DNA from: Marsupella aquatica
Lineage: Eukaryota > Plantae > Marchantiophyta
Length of the DNA stretch: 64,000 bases
Direction of reading: 5' to 3'
Assembly (NCBI GenBank): GCA_973895155.1
Contig: OZ316892.1
Location: forward strand, 21,453,619 to 21,517,618
Each line of letters starts with the position of its first letter. Within the stretch, counting starts at the first letter, position 1. The translations under genes were made by a program, and so were the position numbers. Positions 25,699-38,429 of this stretch are shown in pieces. Under the pieces are notes generated by a model, which was given only the letters and a program-made list of their open reading frames with translations, had not been told where the DNA came from and did no database searches.

Positions 25699-26744
25699 GT
25701 TGGTTGATCTGGTCCTTGCTTGATTGACTACCGGTCAGCATTATATCCTACTTAGTTGCTCTCCTCCAGGCGTTTTCTGCGCTTAGCCCAGAAGACCTAC
25801 CAACGAGTTTATCCTGTTGATCATGTGCATATTACAATTGTTGGCAACCAGGACGAAGCGATTCTTAGCTATATACTTCTTACGTTTACAGCCTCGATCA
25901 GATATGTGCGCAGCTTTATCTTTTACATGGTAAGATAGCCGAACGAACTCTATCGATCCACAAGTAGGAACGCTGGGAAAGTAACCTGTAACACAAAATA
26001 TACCAAGGATCGCGAGTAAAAGGTGCAAAGAAATGCATGTTATACTTGACGGTTAAGCTCAAAACTCGATCTAAAGATGTTGAATATGCACTCTGATGAT
26101 GTAAGCCGCTCCTGCCTCAACATAAAACTGAAGAAATCATCCTTGCTGATCGAAGAGCTACATATACTTGCTTGGAGAACAAAAGTATCGAAGCTTTTGT
26201 AGTCTTTGGTCAGTTTCGTATGACGCTAGCTGCTGAATGACTTCAAGGGAGCAAGTGTTTGGGTTCTGAGTCTTCTACGAAATCAAGCATTTGTAGTCTT
26301 TGGTCAGTTTGGTATGAATGCATTCAAGGGAACTCATCTGACAGGAACGAGAGCATTGGTGGGAGCCAGGGTTTAAATTTTTGACTGGCCGGCGGGGATT
26401 TGAAACAAGGGCTTTAATAACATTTTCAAATTAAAACACTTCACCGCATCACCACTGTTGCTCAAAAATGATTTCACCTCAACTTCATTCTGCAGTCTAT
26501 AATTGTTTGTTTAATGTTATTTAAATCTACTATGAATCCAACAGCAACCTAGCTTCTTGCAACACAACACCTTCTATTGAAAACACTTTTGCTTTGAAAA
26601 AAAATTCACTAGCTCATCAACACTTTCTCTCAAAGCATTGACCCAAAGGCAACAACAACGTACTTAATTTTTGAGCTGCAACACACAAGTATGATTGAGC
26701 CTCATCTTTAATGGTTGTTGGTAGTATTGAGCCTTACATTGGCA

Positions 26745-27180
26745 ATCTTGTCTCACCCCCACATCAAGATTTGCCTCACCTCTTCATCTAAACTTGCCTT
26801 CTGCATTTTGGCCTTGCCTTGACATCTTGCCATCATCTTGCCATCTACATTTTCCTCAACATCTTTGCTTTCCCCAACATCTTTGCCTTACCTCGACATT
26901 TGGCGCTCACCTCAACATCTTTCCGTACCTTGTTATCTTGCCCTCGTCTCATCATCTTTCCCTCATCACCTTATCTTTGGCTCTCCTTGACATCTTTGCT
27001 TCACCTTGACATCTTTGTCTCTCCTCGGCATCTTTCCCTCACCTTGATATTTTTGCCTCTCTTTGATATCTTGTCCTTAATTGTCTCAACATCTTGTCTT
27101 CACATTGACATCTTGCCCTCAGCTCAAAGTCTTTCCCTTACCTTGACATCTTTTCCTCTCCTCAACATCTTGCCCTCCCC
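26745..27180. repeat. CCTTGACATCTT/CCTCAACATCTT minisatellite array
   Basis: Same ~20-bp degenerate unit as at 9650-10730. Confidence 0.7.
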
Positions 27181-29117
27181 TTGGGATTTTTCATGCAATG
27201 CATTGCCATTGGGCTAGTAATATTTAGAACATTACTTAGGCTAGACCTATTGGCAGTAGACAAAACATATCACAACAAGGATACTTAGAAATATCTTTCA
27301 TTTTATGTTTTTTCAAATTCTCAATATATCTTAAGTTCATCTTTCCTCATCATCTGGTCTCTGATTTTCTTGCTAGGTTTTGTCACCTCTACCCTATCCT
27401 GAAATGTGTCTCGAGGGGTCACTCCATTGTTTGTTGTTTCCATGGCATGGACAAAATCCAAAACAACATTGTCCCTATCTTCCTCTGTCATGACAATTTT
27501 CACTATTTGGGTCTTTTTCTTGAACTCTTTTTCCAAGAATCTTAAAGGTTTTGGTCATGTGGATATATTACAATTGTTGTCAACCATGATGAAGCTGTTT
27601 CTTAGCTATATCCTTGTTACGATAGAGTCTCAGACATGTGTGTCTTAGCGTTTGTAGGTAAGTGTACAAATTCTCGTCTGAACACAAGAGAATAGGCAAA
27701 AACCCACTTATTACCAAAGGAAAATACAAATATATAAGTAGGATTTAAGAACACCAATATCAAACTAGGTAAAAGTCACACATAAGGTACTATAAATTTG
27801 ATTTCCAACCGGGGCATGTGACAGTTTTTGCGTGTGAATGTCAACAGCTATTATCTGACCAACAAGTCTGTACTATCATTGGCTCCTAGTTACATGTGTA
27901 CATACCCTAAACCCTTCCGATCTGTTCCCTGCCAATGTTTACTACAAGGCAGTCCCAAAAGTGAGAGTAGTTCTCCTAGGAATCCACTTAGTAAGAAAAA
28001 TCTTAATTTACATGTATGGAGTGTAATGACGCTTACTAGCTAGCGATGAAGATTTCAATAACTTATGGAGATCCCTTGCAGTTTTCTTCGCTGTTTGTTA
28101 ATGTAGGATACAATATTTGCATGCGGTTTATATTAGAGTCAATTAAAAAAGGTGTCGTGGATTTTCAAGCGTAATGGATAAATTAATTGGTTACTCGTGT
28201 TATGCCTTGGACATCACCTTAGCCTTTTGGTAGCATGGGCAATTTTAATAGCACAGTCTGCATGTCATCAGTCAATGAGCCCGAGGTTATTGCGCGTGAT
28301 ATCTATTGGTGGAACTTAATTATTAGGGTTTGTTTCCTTAAATATATAGCCTCACAGTAACCTCAGGGAACTCTTCCCGCCTGTGCGCGCGCAGCCTTAA
28401 TTAACGGCAGACCTCTGTTGTTAGTCACTGGCATGGGATTATTACTTAGTGCTGTGCGCGCATCCAGGCCTGATGGTTGCGTCTAGAACTCCTACAGCTG
28501 GTACAGCATGAAGTTCTTAGCCAATGTATAAGTAGGGTTATTACTGTGACTGGGGTTATCTAACCACTACTAGAATTGTAACGGCAGGCTCTTTCTTAGT
28601 CACTGATTGGGATTGCTGCTGGGACTTCTGATCTAGGTTGCAGGTCTGTCTCATTTAAGCCGGATGCCCCCACTCAATTCGCAGCATCTCAAGCATTTTG
28701 CCTTTTGCATTCTGTCATCTTAATTTTGGTGAGGAGCTTTGCACTGTAGGACTGGTGTTGCATTTCGGGAGCGCATTCAACGAGGTGGGCATTGTAAGTT
28801 TAGATACTCTGTTTGCGAGAGCAATGTCAGTTTCGTATTTGGCCAGTAGTCAAATTGCTGATTCTGAGTCCTGAGTGAGTCGTCAATTAACAGTGTTTTT
28901 TCTCGACTTAAACAATGGTGGGGAGGCGATGTGTGTTTTCTTTTGGTCTCTCACCTAAGCTATACCAACAAGTGCCAGAGCGTAGCTTGCTTTTAGTGAA
29001 ATATGTGTACGCGGCACAAATTGATTTACTCTTGGAAGCTGATGTTTTCAAGTTTAGATTCTAGTCAATATGAAGGGGTGTACTGAACATTTCAATGAAA
29101 TCTGAATTGCAGTCAAT

Positions 29118-31045
29118 ATGGACAGCAACCCTGCTGGTAATCTGACCTACGTGGGTCCTTCTTCGAGTTCTGTACATCTGCACACGGCAAGCTCAACATA
29201 TGAAGACCCAAGTGGATGGGACGGTGAAAACAATTGCAAGATGCCAAGTTCTGTGCTAACCACGATGGACCAAGACAAGGACATGCTCAATTTATGGGAC
29301 AATGTAAGCAACATATCGACTGCAGGAGTTTCACCGTCGCTGACCACCGGGGAGGTAGTCATGCAAGCTGGCATGCAAGCTGTCCTGAATACTGTACTTT
29401 TCGAGGACTACCTCACGGCGGAGGAAATTGAATTCCTGGATATGAGTGACAGGACTCACGAGTTGAAGGTGGAAATGCAGACCAAACAAAACCTACCATC
29501 AGCGACCCGAAGCAGTTGTGGAGTTGAAGATGGAATAGATATGAGTGGAAGTCTGGACGAATGTGAGAAGACACGGGCCAAGGATCAAGATATTGCACTC
29601 CCGGACATCATCGGAATAAAGTCCGCGAGGAAGGGGATCTCCCTGGGAGCCGACGATTGCCAACAGACAAGGATTCATCGCCACTCTAAAGCAGCTGTGT
29701 TGAGCATGAGGTAACATTTAAGGATTATATTCCATAAGTAGGTTTACACCTCTAGGTGATCGTAATGTGTTTGATTGAACAAATGAACTAACTTGGCGAG
29801 CTCTCATCATTCATGCAAGTATCAAAATTTCCACTTTTTGGGGGTTTGGAAGTGAATGTTATCTGGCTGGCATGCATTTCCGATGAATATGAATAGACAA
29901 TATTTTTAATTTCTCTACTTCCGTTGCAGGAACTTTTATGATAACGAAACTCCTTATCCCAACGATAGGCAGCTTTACAAGCTTTCGAAGCTCTCTGGGC
30001 TCACAATAAAGCAGGTAGCAGTTAATTTACTTTTGGTGCACCTCAGAAACTAGAAGGGGGCCAGAATTTTTGAATTGCATGTTAGCTACCTGAAAATCAC
30101 ACGAGTTTTTTAGCTATCAGAGAATATTTCAGCCGCAATTATTAATTTCAGCTTTCGAAAATACTTGTAGGTCAACACCTGGTTCGGCAACGAAACGGAG
30201 AAGAAACGGGAGATGGGCACAAACAGTGCTGGTGTCAGCTCTAAGAGACAGAACCACCACCCTGACGATGCAATCAGTGTGTTGAAGTATAAATTCGCTA
30301 CCAAGACCAGAACAGCTTCACTACTGTAGCTAATTGACTTCATTGCTAGTAGACAGTACTTGTAACAAGTAATTAATTGGCAGAGACTGGTTCTGCTTCT
30401 AGTTGTTGAAACTTTAATAGCTTGCAATGTTTTGAATACACAATGATTATCCAGGTATAGTATCTACCTACGTAGCGCGCTAGTCCAGCCAGTGAAATGC
30501 AACTTAAACTTGTGTTGTAAATCTCTCTGTATCTGTAGCATTCTGTGAACAACTGCTTGACAATCTTCGTGGTGTTTATTCAGAGCATGGGTCGAAACCC
30601 ACCCTGAAAATGCAAGGCCAACTAAGGAGGAGAAAATTCAGCTGGCTAACGAAGCCAAACTCACCTTGAAAAAAGTAAGTAAAGGCGCGCACTTTCCCAG
30701 CACAACTCCTGGCACAATTTTCCTTCAACTCTGTCGAAAAAACCCCAACAGTGTCATCTGGAGTAGCTTATATTCTGGAATTTTAAATGCAGAGTGTCAT
30801 CTGGAGTAGCTTATATTCTGGAATCTTAAATGCAGGTATCATACTGGTTCGAGAATTATTGTAGGAAGCAACGGAAACTTGCCTATAAATTGGAGAAAAA
30901 TCAACTGGCGAAGATTGAGGGATGGCTATTCGACGACTCAGAACCTGAAGAACAAGGATTAGAAGCTTTGCGACTAGATGTGTGGGAATCCTGCATCAAG
31001 ACCGGCCCTCTAAAGCTAGGAAATCTTGGGGCCGGACCCCAGTAA
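29118..31045 (+). CDS. Double-homeodomain protein, TALE (BELL/KNOX-related) type, divergent; 364 aa
   Basis: Exons 29118-29710, 29930-30014, 30171-30286, 30584-30674 and 30836-31045 total 1095 nt and stay open. HD1: HSKAAVLSMRNFYDNETPYPNDRQLYKLSKLSGLTIKQVNTWFGNETEKKR. HD2: HPDDAISVLKAWVETHPENARPTKEEKIQLANEAKLTLKKVSYWFENYCRKQRK. Confidence 0.85.
30750..30835 (+). repeat. 43-bp tandem duplication that duplicates the intron-4 splice acceptor of the homeobox gene
   Basis: AGTGTCATCTGGAGTAGCTTATATTCTGGAAT(T/C)TTAAATGCAG at 30750-30792 and 30793-30835. Confidence 0.9.
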
Positions 31046-31265
31046 TTCAATATATATTTAGGCATATCCAATAGAACTTGGATAGCTTGGGTTTATATCC
31101 CCCAAGTCGAAGATTGTTCTGGTGATTTTCCAATGAGTAAAGCAGTCCATACTAACCCAACACTGTCCAGGCCAGTTACTGGTAATTAATTTAATGGAGA
31201 GATAGTATTCTAGATTCCAGGGTTGGAGATGGAGGGTGTTACTTTCGAGTAGAGGACAGGACCAT

Positions 31266-31560
31266 CCGGTCAGCGTTATTTATACCCTAGTTGCTCTTTC
31301 CACCAGGCGATTTCTGACGGTGAAGCTTAACTAAAAGCCTGAAGCCCGATCTGAAGATGTGATTACGTACGTACTCTGAAGATGCTTGGGTCCAAACAAA
31401 CATCTGCCTCAACCAAAACCTAAACCAATGATCCTTGCTCTAGAGATGTTGTAGTCTTTGGTCAGTTTGATATATATGATGCTGCTGAATGAACTCAAGG
31501 GGATATCCAAGTCTTTGGTCTCTAGCTTAGTCACATGGCAGGAGAGCATGCAATGGTTGA
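31266..31560 (-). promoter_or_regulatory. Orphan copy of the SKP1-like upstream/promoter region, with TATAAATA on the minus strand
   Basis: 31266-31313 aligns with 25731-25777, immediately upstream of the SKP1 copy 1 ATG. 31313-31560 aligns with 26045-26370, including TTGTAGTCTTTGGTCAGTTT. TATTTATA on + at 31277-31284 reads TATAAATA on the minus strand. Confidence 0.65.
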
Positions 31561-32789
31561 ATTGCAAAGTAGGCCGAGTTACTACAGTGGAAACTAAGGG
31601 AGTGGCCGTGACAGGTCGGGAAAGGCGTCTGAACAGGCTGTTGAGTATGTACTGGTGCCAAGGGCGCTTATATTCAGTAGTCCCGTGGGCCCTCACTCTC
31701 GGTGTAGATGTGTATATTAACATGTGTATGTTAGCGAAACCCACTTTTGAACGGACTCCCCTCCAAAACCTTTTATATTAAGGTGTATGTTAAGCAAAAA
31801 CCCACCTGTGAAAGGCCTCCCCTCCAACTCCAACACCTTTCAGCTAGTGCTCTTCACCTGTTATAGAAAAATAAAATTGTCAAAGAGATAGGTGTTGTAT
31901 TCAGCGCATTTCACTCGGGTGTTGCATTCAGCGCGCAACTTGAACATATGAAGAAGAAGCGGACGAACTTGAGCACATGAGGAGAAGCGGAAGGAAACAC
32001 AAAAAAAAATGAAAACCTCTTACCTAAAATCTGCAAGAGGAGCAACAACTTGGGACTCGGGCGCGTCACAGGAATTGAAGAGCAGTAGCGCCTTGATTGC
32101 TGCAGACGTTTGGAACCTACCTTCCTAAGCAATGCTGTTCCTTCCAAGCAATGCTGTTCCTTCCAGGCAACACTCTTCTTCCTTCCTTCGGAGTGGCGCC
32201 AGCATCATCGAGCTCAGAGCTACATGGTGGCGATGACAAGCTGGGAAAGCAAACAAAAGAACCTCCCACCCCCAAACCCGCCGCCAAGGTTGACCCCGCG
32301 CGTATCCTCAATACCTGCCTTGACATTTTCTCGTGTAAACCCTAAGCATCCCTCACAAAAACCTAAAAAACTCACCCAAACAAGCAAAAAACGAGTACTC
32401 AATCAGGGACACTCACTTAATGCCAGGGGGTAGCCGAGTGAGCTGGGATGACTTTTAGGGGGGAGTGCAGCATAGCCATAAAAGAGATCTCAATCGTCAA
32501 ATAAATCCTCCAAAAATATGCTTTGAATTTAAAGAATTTAAATGTAAGTAAATATTTTTCTCGAGCAGGTGACAAGCAAGCTATAGGGAAGTTTAAGTGG
32601 ACATTTATTGTAGATAGAGTGTATGGATAGATTTGATGGTGTACATCCCACTTGGGAGGGGGTCTTGCTGGAGTATTCTAATGGTATTTGCCGAATTTGA
32701 CAATGTTTGATTATCTAGGAGTTGCACGAGTCACATAACAAGACATATATAAACCCCAAGCCCCACCAGACGAGCTTCTAGGTATCTGA

Positions 32790-34440
32790 CTACCTCAGTC
32801 TTCACCAACATTTTGTACAGCATTCTTGGGGAAGATCCTTTGCTTTCCTTCCGCATTGAGAACCGGTAGATCTCTAATGATTACTCTGTTCAGCTCTAGA
32901 GCCCACCCGGCAACATAACTCAGATGCAATCTTCTGAGCGTGTTTAGTGAATGGTTTGGGGGAAGTCTTTGATTGCTTGTTTGTATCTGCAACTAATATG
33001 CACAGCTTGGCATCCATTTCACATGTCTTCATCAATCCCATGGCTCTCATGAAGACCACTAATTTGGCGTCTTTAGTGAGTGTGTCAAAGTCCTGCAAAA
33101 GTTTCAGAAAGATACCTAGCTAGGGTCCATGTTTAAAAGCAGAATGTCCCTCACATCCAAGGAACTCACATAGCACATGATGTTGAATAGGATTTTTATA
33201 TATGTTTAGTAATGCAGTTGAACTATGTACTTACTATGTTTGAGTCTTCAACAACGTGTGATTTGCTACTTAATCTGCTCCTGCTTCCTTGCACGCACGG
33301 AACCTCTGCCTTGTTTTCCTGAACATATATAATGGGCAGATCATGAAACCCCAAGACCATTATGTTCTAGCTCCATGTCATTATACACAAGTGAATTGCC
33401 ATCCCTAGTAATTGTGAAATTTTTGATCTTGGCAGAGTACATTTTGTGCCTAGACATAATGCAATTTGCTCACACAACTCAGAAGTAGTCAACTTGTCCA
33501 AGTTGGCCATTACAATATAAGGTGAACAAAAATTGGGTACTCCCTATGACACTGCACCTCTTGAGTGCGACTGATTCACGAGTCTTTGGAAGTGTGCACA
33601 ACATTGTTGGAAGTGCCCCCAACCTTGTGGAAGTGTGTCCAACCTTTTCAGGAGAGTATTCCGGGAGGTATTCAACCACATTTTAATGACATTTTTAGTC
33701 CTTTCCCTCAGTCCTTTAAAAGTGGTTGTCCTTGGTTCTGATTGCCTCCTTTGGTACCCCTCAATCTTGCCATTCACCCTCAAGGATGCAAACAGTGCGC
33801 TTGCTACCTCAATTTTTTTGTCAAATTTCAACAGCCCGCCCAAGTTTGATCAATAAGTGTCCCCTTTGAAATGGTGTTATATCCATAGTCTCGAGCGCCC
33901 ACCTCATCTCTGTTTGTTTGAACGGTCCATAGAATACCCTCATGATAACGAGGAGGATTACACAGCTAATTTAATTTCCCCCATTCAATAAGTCCACGTA
34001 CTTTGGATTAATGTAAACTATTTTGGAGAAGACAACCGCATGCTGCACCTCCGGAATCCAAAGCCAAAACTTGCGGAAACTTTGTAATGGCCTGCCGGAT
34101 TCTGAGGAAGGCATCCTATGTGGCAAAATACCCTTTAAGGATTTTGTCCAGGAGATAAGGCACGCATCAATCATCCCACCAACCCGCCCACCAATTTCAG
34201 ATGGATTGTTTTTCTCCCGCGGAAATGATCGATCATTCCTCATTCAATTACAAAATGTGGGCCCAAACACTGTAGGCTCTCACATTTCCAATGTTCAGTT
34301 CTCCACCTCTGCAAGACACACAACTTATGATGGACTTTGGTACCAAAGACCACGAAGGGCCTTTACAACAACGGCTGAGGAGGTTGACAGTTGTTCATTG
34401 ATAGTTTGCGCAATTGCTTTGTTGAGTATAGGAAGTTAAT
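32790..34440 (-). pseudogene. Degenerate ORF fragments of unknown, probably TE-derived, origin
   Basis: Several consecutive minus-strand ORF pieces with protein-like composition are broken by stops and frameshifts. No domain recognised. Confidence 0.25.
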
Positions 34441-37400
34441 ATGTACCTATTTCTTTGTACAATTCTCAGATGTATAGATCGGATGCATACTATTTTTTGT
34501 TAAATTATTTAGTATGCAGGTATGATTGATTTTTTCCAATGTAAATCTGTTCACAGGTGTTGTACTCGATACAATGGATAAGATGTTTCCCCTGGAACCC
34601 CGACCCAACCCCTCCATGTATTCCTTTCCTAGCCCGGTTGAGCTACTTTGGGGGTTACTTCTATCCCACCATATGATGCAACCCAGGCGAGAATGTTGAA
34701 ACCAATCATCATCTGAACCCAAGGCTGGCCAGCCACCCCTATTTACCTCCGACCCCTAAACAAAGCATGCTTCAATGCAAGATCAACGTCTGATTGGTGA
34801 TCTGTGATTGAATTATAGCATTGCAATAGGTAATCTCCATACTCTATTTATTTCATGCATCTTTGATGCATATTACAGTGATTGAAATGTTTGTACTATC
34901 CATGCAGGTTTTTCAAGACCGTGCAGATTCACACCCAAAAACAATGGAGGACCTCAATGACGATAGTGGTGGAAATTAGTCAATTCATGGGCCGCTAGGG
35001 GTTACGTGCGGGGTGCAATCTGGGTATGGTGTACGTATTTCTAAGAGATTTGTTCCATGATTAGACCATTCCTAGTTAGTGTAGTAATTTTAATTAGTAG
35101 ACCATATTTGCTTTCAGAGTAATCCTTTTGTTTGAGTTATTCTAATTATTGCTCAAACATATAATAACACAGTCAATGCCCTGCTGTCGTGTTGATATAT
35201 TGACAATTCTAACATGCATGTGAGGCCAAAGCTAGGTCTCTTGTGTTGGCGTACCTGACCTCAACTGAGCCTCTTTGTGTGGTCAGTTCTAGCTTGTTTA
35301 TTACAATGTAGACAAATTCCCTAGTTTTTCTTGAAGCAATACATGTTGTAAATACTATTTTCCATGTGTACTAATTACTGGAAAGTGTCATTGTGCTCTC
35401 AATTGCGTTCGCCTTGTGTGCCTCTTTTTGTTTGGATTGTTGATTATGGGAGATTGGGGAGGGGCCCTACCCAATGCTCTTGGAACTATGATGACCACTA
35501 CATGATTGTTGATGCAATCCACTACAACGCTAATAGTGGTTGAGTTTTTCTAGATAAGTGGCTGAGATTTGTTGGATGAGTCCTACATTCTGAAACAAAT
35601 ATCCCCCAATTTAAGAAACACCCCAAGAAAAAAATACCCACTAAACTTCTCTGCAAATTCACAGTGGTCAAACCAGCTTAGCAACCAAAGAAAACAACCC
35701 CTAAAACAAGTAACCCTTGTAACAAATACCCCACAAAACATATATACCCCTTGTAACAAATACCCCCTGTTCAAACAAATACCCCATAAAACAATACTCC
35801 CTGGAACCGATACCCCTTGAAACACAAATACCCCCTCCATGCAGTCCCAAAAGTACCAAGGCCGGATCCGGCTTGGAGACCTTTGTTAGATTACCATGGC
35901 TGAAGCCAAAATTGCTGGATTCAGACCTGCTGGAGTTTGTGGGGTCCTTGGATCACAAATAAGATGCGACCAAGGTATATGGGAGGGTAATCTACCTTAC
36001 TCCAAAGGTGATTGCCGAGGTATTTGGCTTGCCAATAGGTAATAAGACCAAAGTAGACACCTGGAAGAACTTGACGGTGTTGTGAAGTTGGTGGGCAATG
36101 TCGAGAAAGCCCATGCTTTTGTCTATCAGAAGAACAATACGCTACAATGTGCTAATAAAACACTACAATCATTACCCAAAAATGCTTAATTGTCATGGGA
36201 ACAACAAATGGAATCGAGGATGAAATGATCATGGTATATGCCGACTCCCTAAAGTTTTTGATGATGAAGGCTCGAAACTCAATTTTTTGGCAACATATCA
36301 CCCGAACATTACAATCTATACTAAAATTAGGCCTAGGAACTCTATTAAGGTCCATCTTCTAGTTCATAATCACTGTACAGGCATTGAACATAGAAAATTC
36401 ACCTACGGTTGTCGACATATGGTGTTGGTGCTGCAAGTCTAGGCCTATTGGATACCTATATATTCATCAATCTATTCATTAAAAGTGAATTATTATTCAA
36501 TTTATGAACATTTGGGCAATAGAAAGTGTACATTTGGCTTTCAAAAAGTGTACATTTGGGCAAAAAATAAAGGTGATGGCCATCAGACATACCACCATGT
36601 TCATCCTTTATAAATGAACTAGGATGAGACTCCTTCTAGTAAAGATTATTTTTTCTCCCTCAAGTTTACAATTGACCATTTAGGTGTAGAGTATTGTACT
36701 ATAGTATACCTTTTGGGTTTAAAAAGTATACATTTAGAGACCAAAAAGCGTACATTTCGAGGCCTAAAAGTGAACAAAATAAAATACACTTTTAAAGAAT
36801 AGGGTGATATTCCAACAAAACCAAATAACTTAACAAAAAATAAATGTACACTTTCTACCTTAAAAACGTAAAAGATGCTTCCCTTAATGAAGAAGCTAGC
36901 CATACAGTTTTGGAAACTCACCATATGGGAGGAAGAAGCTCCAGAATGACCTGGTACATGGCGCCCATATCTCTATATATGTTCAGCACATACATAAGAT
37001 TTCTGGGAGACCTGACCCATGCATTGGGTACATACACAAAGTTGGCGGGGTGGACCACGAGGAGGTCGTACAGTTGTTGGAGGTTGTGGGGGAGGTGGAT
37101 CCTCTTCATCAGAGGATGAGTCCTGGATGACAACTCAAAACTTGATGACATGGCCACTGCATGGGTTAACTGCAAAATGGTAATTAGGAAGAGGGGCAAG
37201 AAATTAACAACTCTAAACTGGTTTCTAAAACCAAACCCAAATTGGCAAAAGATGAATCTGAGTACTTTTATGAGATCTAGGCTCAACAATGCATATAGGT
37301 CTTGTGGCTCAAAGTAAATGAGCCCAATCCAAAAGTAAGAGGGAAAAACTGCAAACCAACAAGTGAACGTGAACTTGTTATACCCTATGCAACCTTAAAA

Positions 37401-37689
37401 AGGATTGAACAATATAGGTCCCCTAAAAATATAGTGACAACAAAGAGTATTATGTAAGAAAGAAATTGCATAATTATTGCCCTTGTACCTTTCAGATGCC
37501 CAGACTCTCGCAATGCATATAAGCATTATTTATTGGACGATGTTGAAAACCTAAATGACCCTGAATTGGGTAGCATGTAGAAAACTATCCTTAATTTGTT
37601 AGCATAAAATTGTATAGCCTAATCCAAAAGTCATACCAACTTTGAAATGAACCTGCCTTATAAACCAAACCCCCTCTAATTTAGTAAAG

Positions 37690-38200
37690 TTGTGTTCAAC
37701 CCCTAAACCCTTAGTAACAACCCCCTAGTAACAACTCCTAATTACTCAACTCACCCTTAAACCTGGCCAAGACCCCTCCTAATTACTTACCTTATTTGTG
37801 CACCCCAAACCCCTCCTAATTACTTAGGTCATGTGTAAAATCCAAAGCACCTCCTAATTACTTGGCAAGTCCCTAAACCCAAGACCCCTTCTAATTAATT
37901 GCCTCAATTGTAAACCCCAAACCCCTCCTAATTACTTATCTTGTTTGAAATCCCCAAACCCCCTCCTAGCTAATTACTTATCTCATCCCTAAACCCCAAC
38001 ACCACAAACCCCTCCTAATAAATTTGTCTTTCCCCTCCCTTCTCTATCATATGTCCAAACAACCTACCTAAACCCCTTCTAATTACCCAACCCATCTTAA
38101 AACCTCATTCCCCTCCAAAACTAATTACTGTAATATGTTAAACCCTTCCAAACTTGCAAACAATAACCCAAACCCCTCTTAATCATTTAAACTATCTAAC
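37690..38200. repeat. AAACCCCTCCTAATTACT-type degenerate tandem array (TE subterminal-like)
   Basis: The motif recurs about every 35-40 bp. Confidence 0.7.
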
Positions 38201-38429
38201 AACCTAGACTACTTTAGAATAAAAATGGTAACCAGCACTCATCTTAGTTAACTACTCGTACCCAAAACCCCCAAAAGCTGCATATAAGCATACAAATCAT
38301 CTCATCCAAAAAGTCCCTAAACATTCAACAAACCATAACAAGTGAGGGATTGGGTGTGGCAATAAACCTTACCAAAAATGCAAATGGGCACTTGTGTAAA
38401 TGTGGCACTCAGTTTGCCAAGTTATACCA

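Noticed and set aside
35520-35540. CACTACAAC as the left terminus of the CACTA element ending at 41974
   Set aside because: Only ~9 nt match, the flanks (ATC versus AGA) are not a TSD, and no subterminal repeats follow.
36150-37620. Possible N-terminal SNF2 remnants (PKNA*LSWEQQME; HYLLDDVE...ILNLL)
   Set aside because: The resemblance is weak, and no Walker A (GLGKT) or DEAH motif was found. A profile search would be needed.
37690-38200. AAACCCT-like motifs as interstitial telomere repeats
   Set aside because: They are not tandem heptamers but part of longer degenerate TE-type units.
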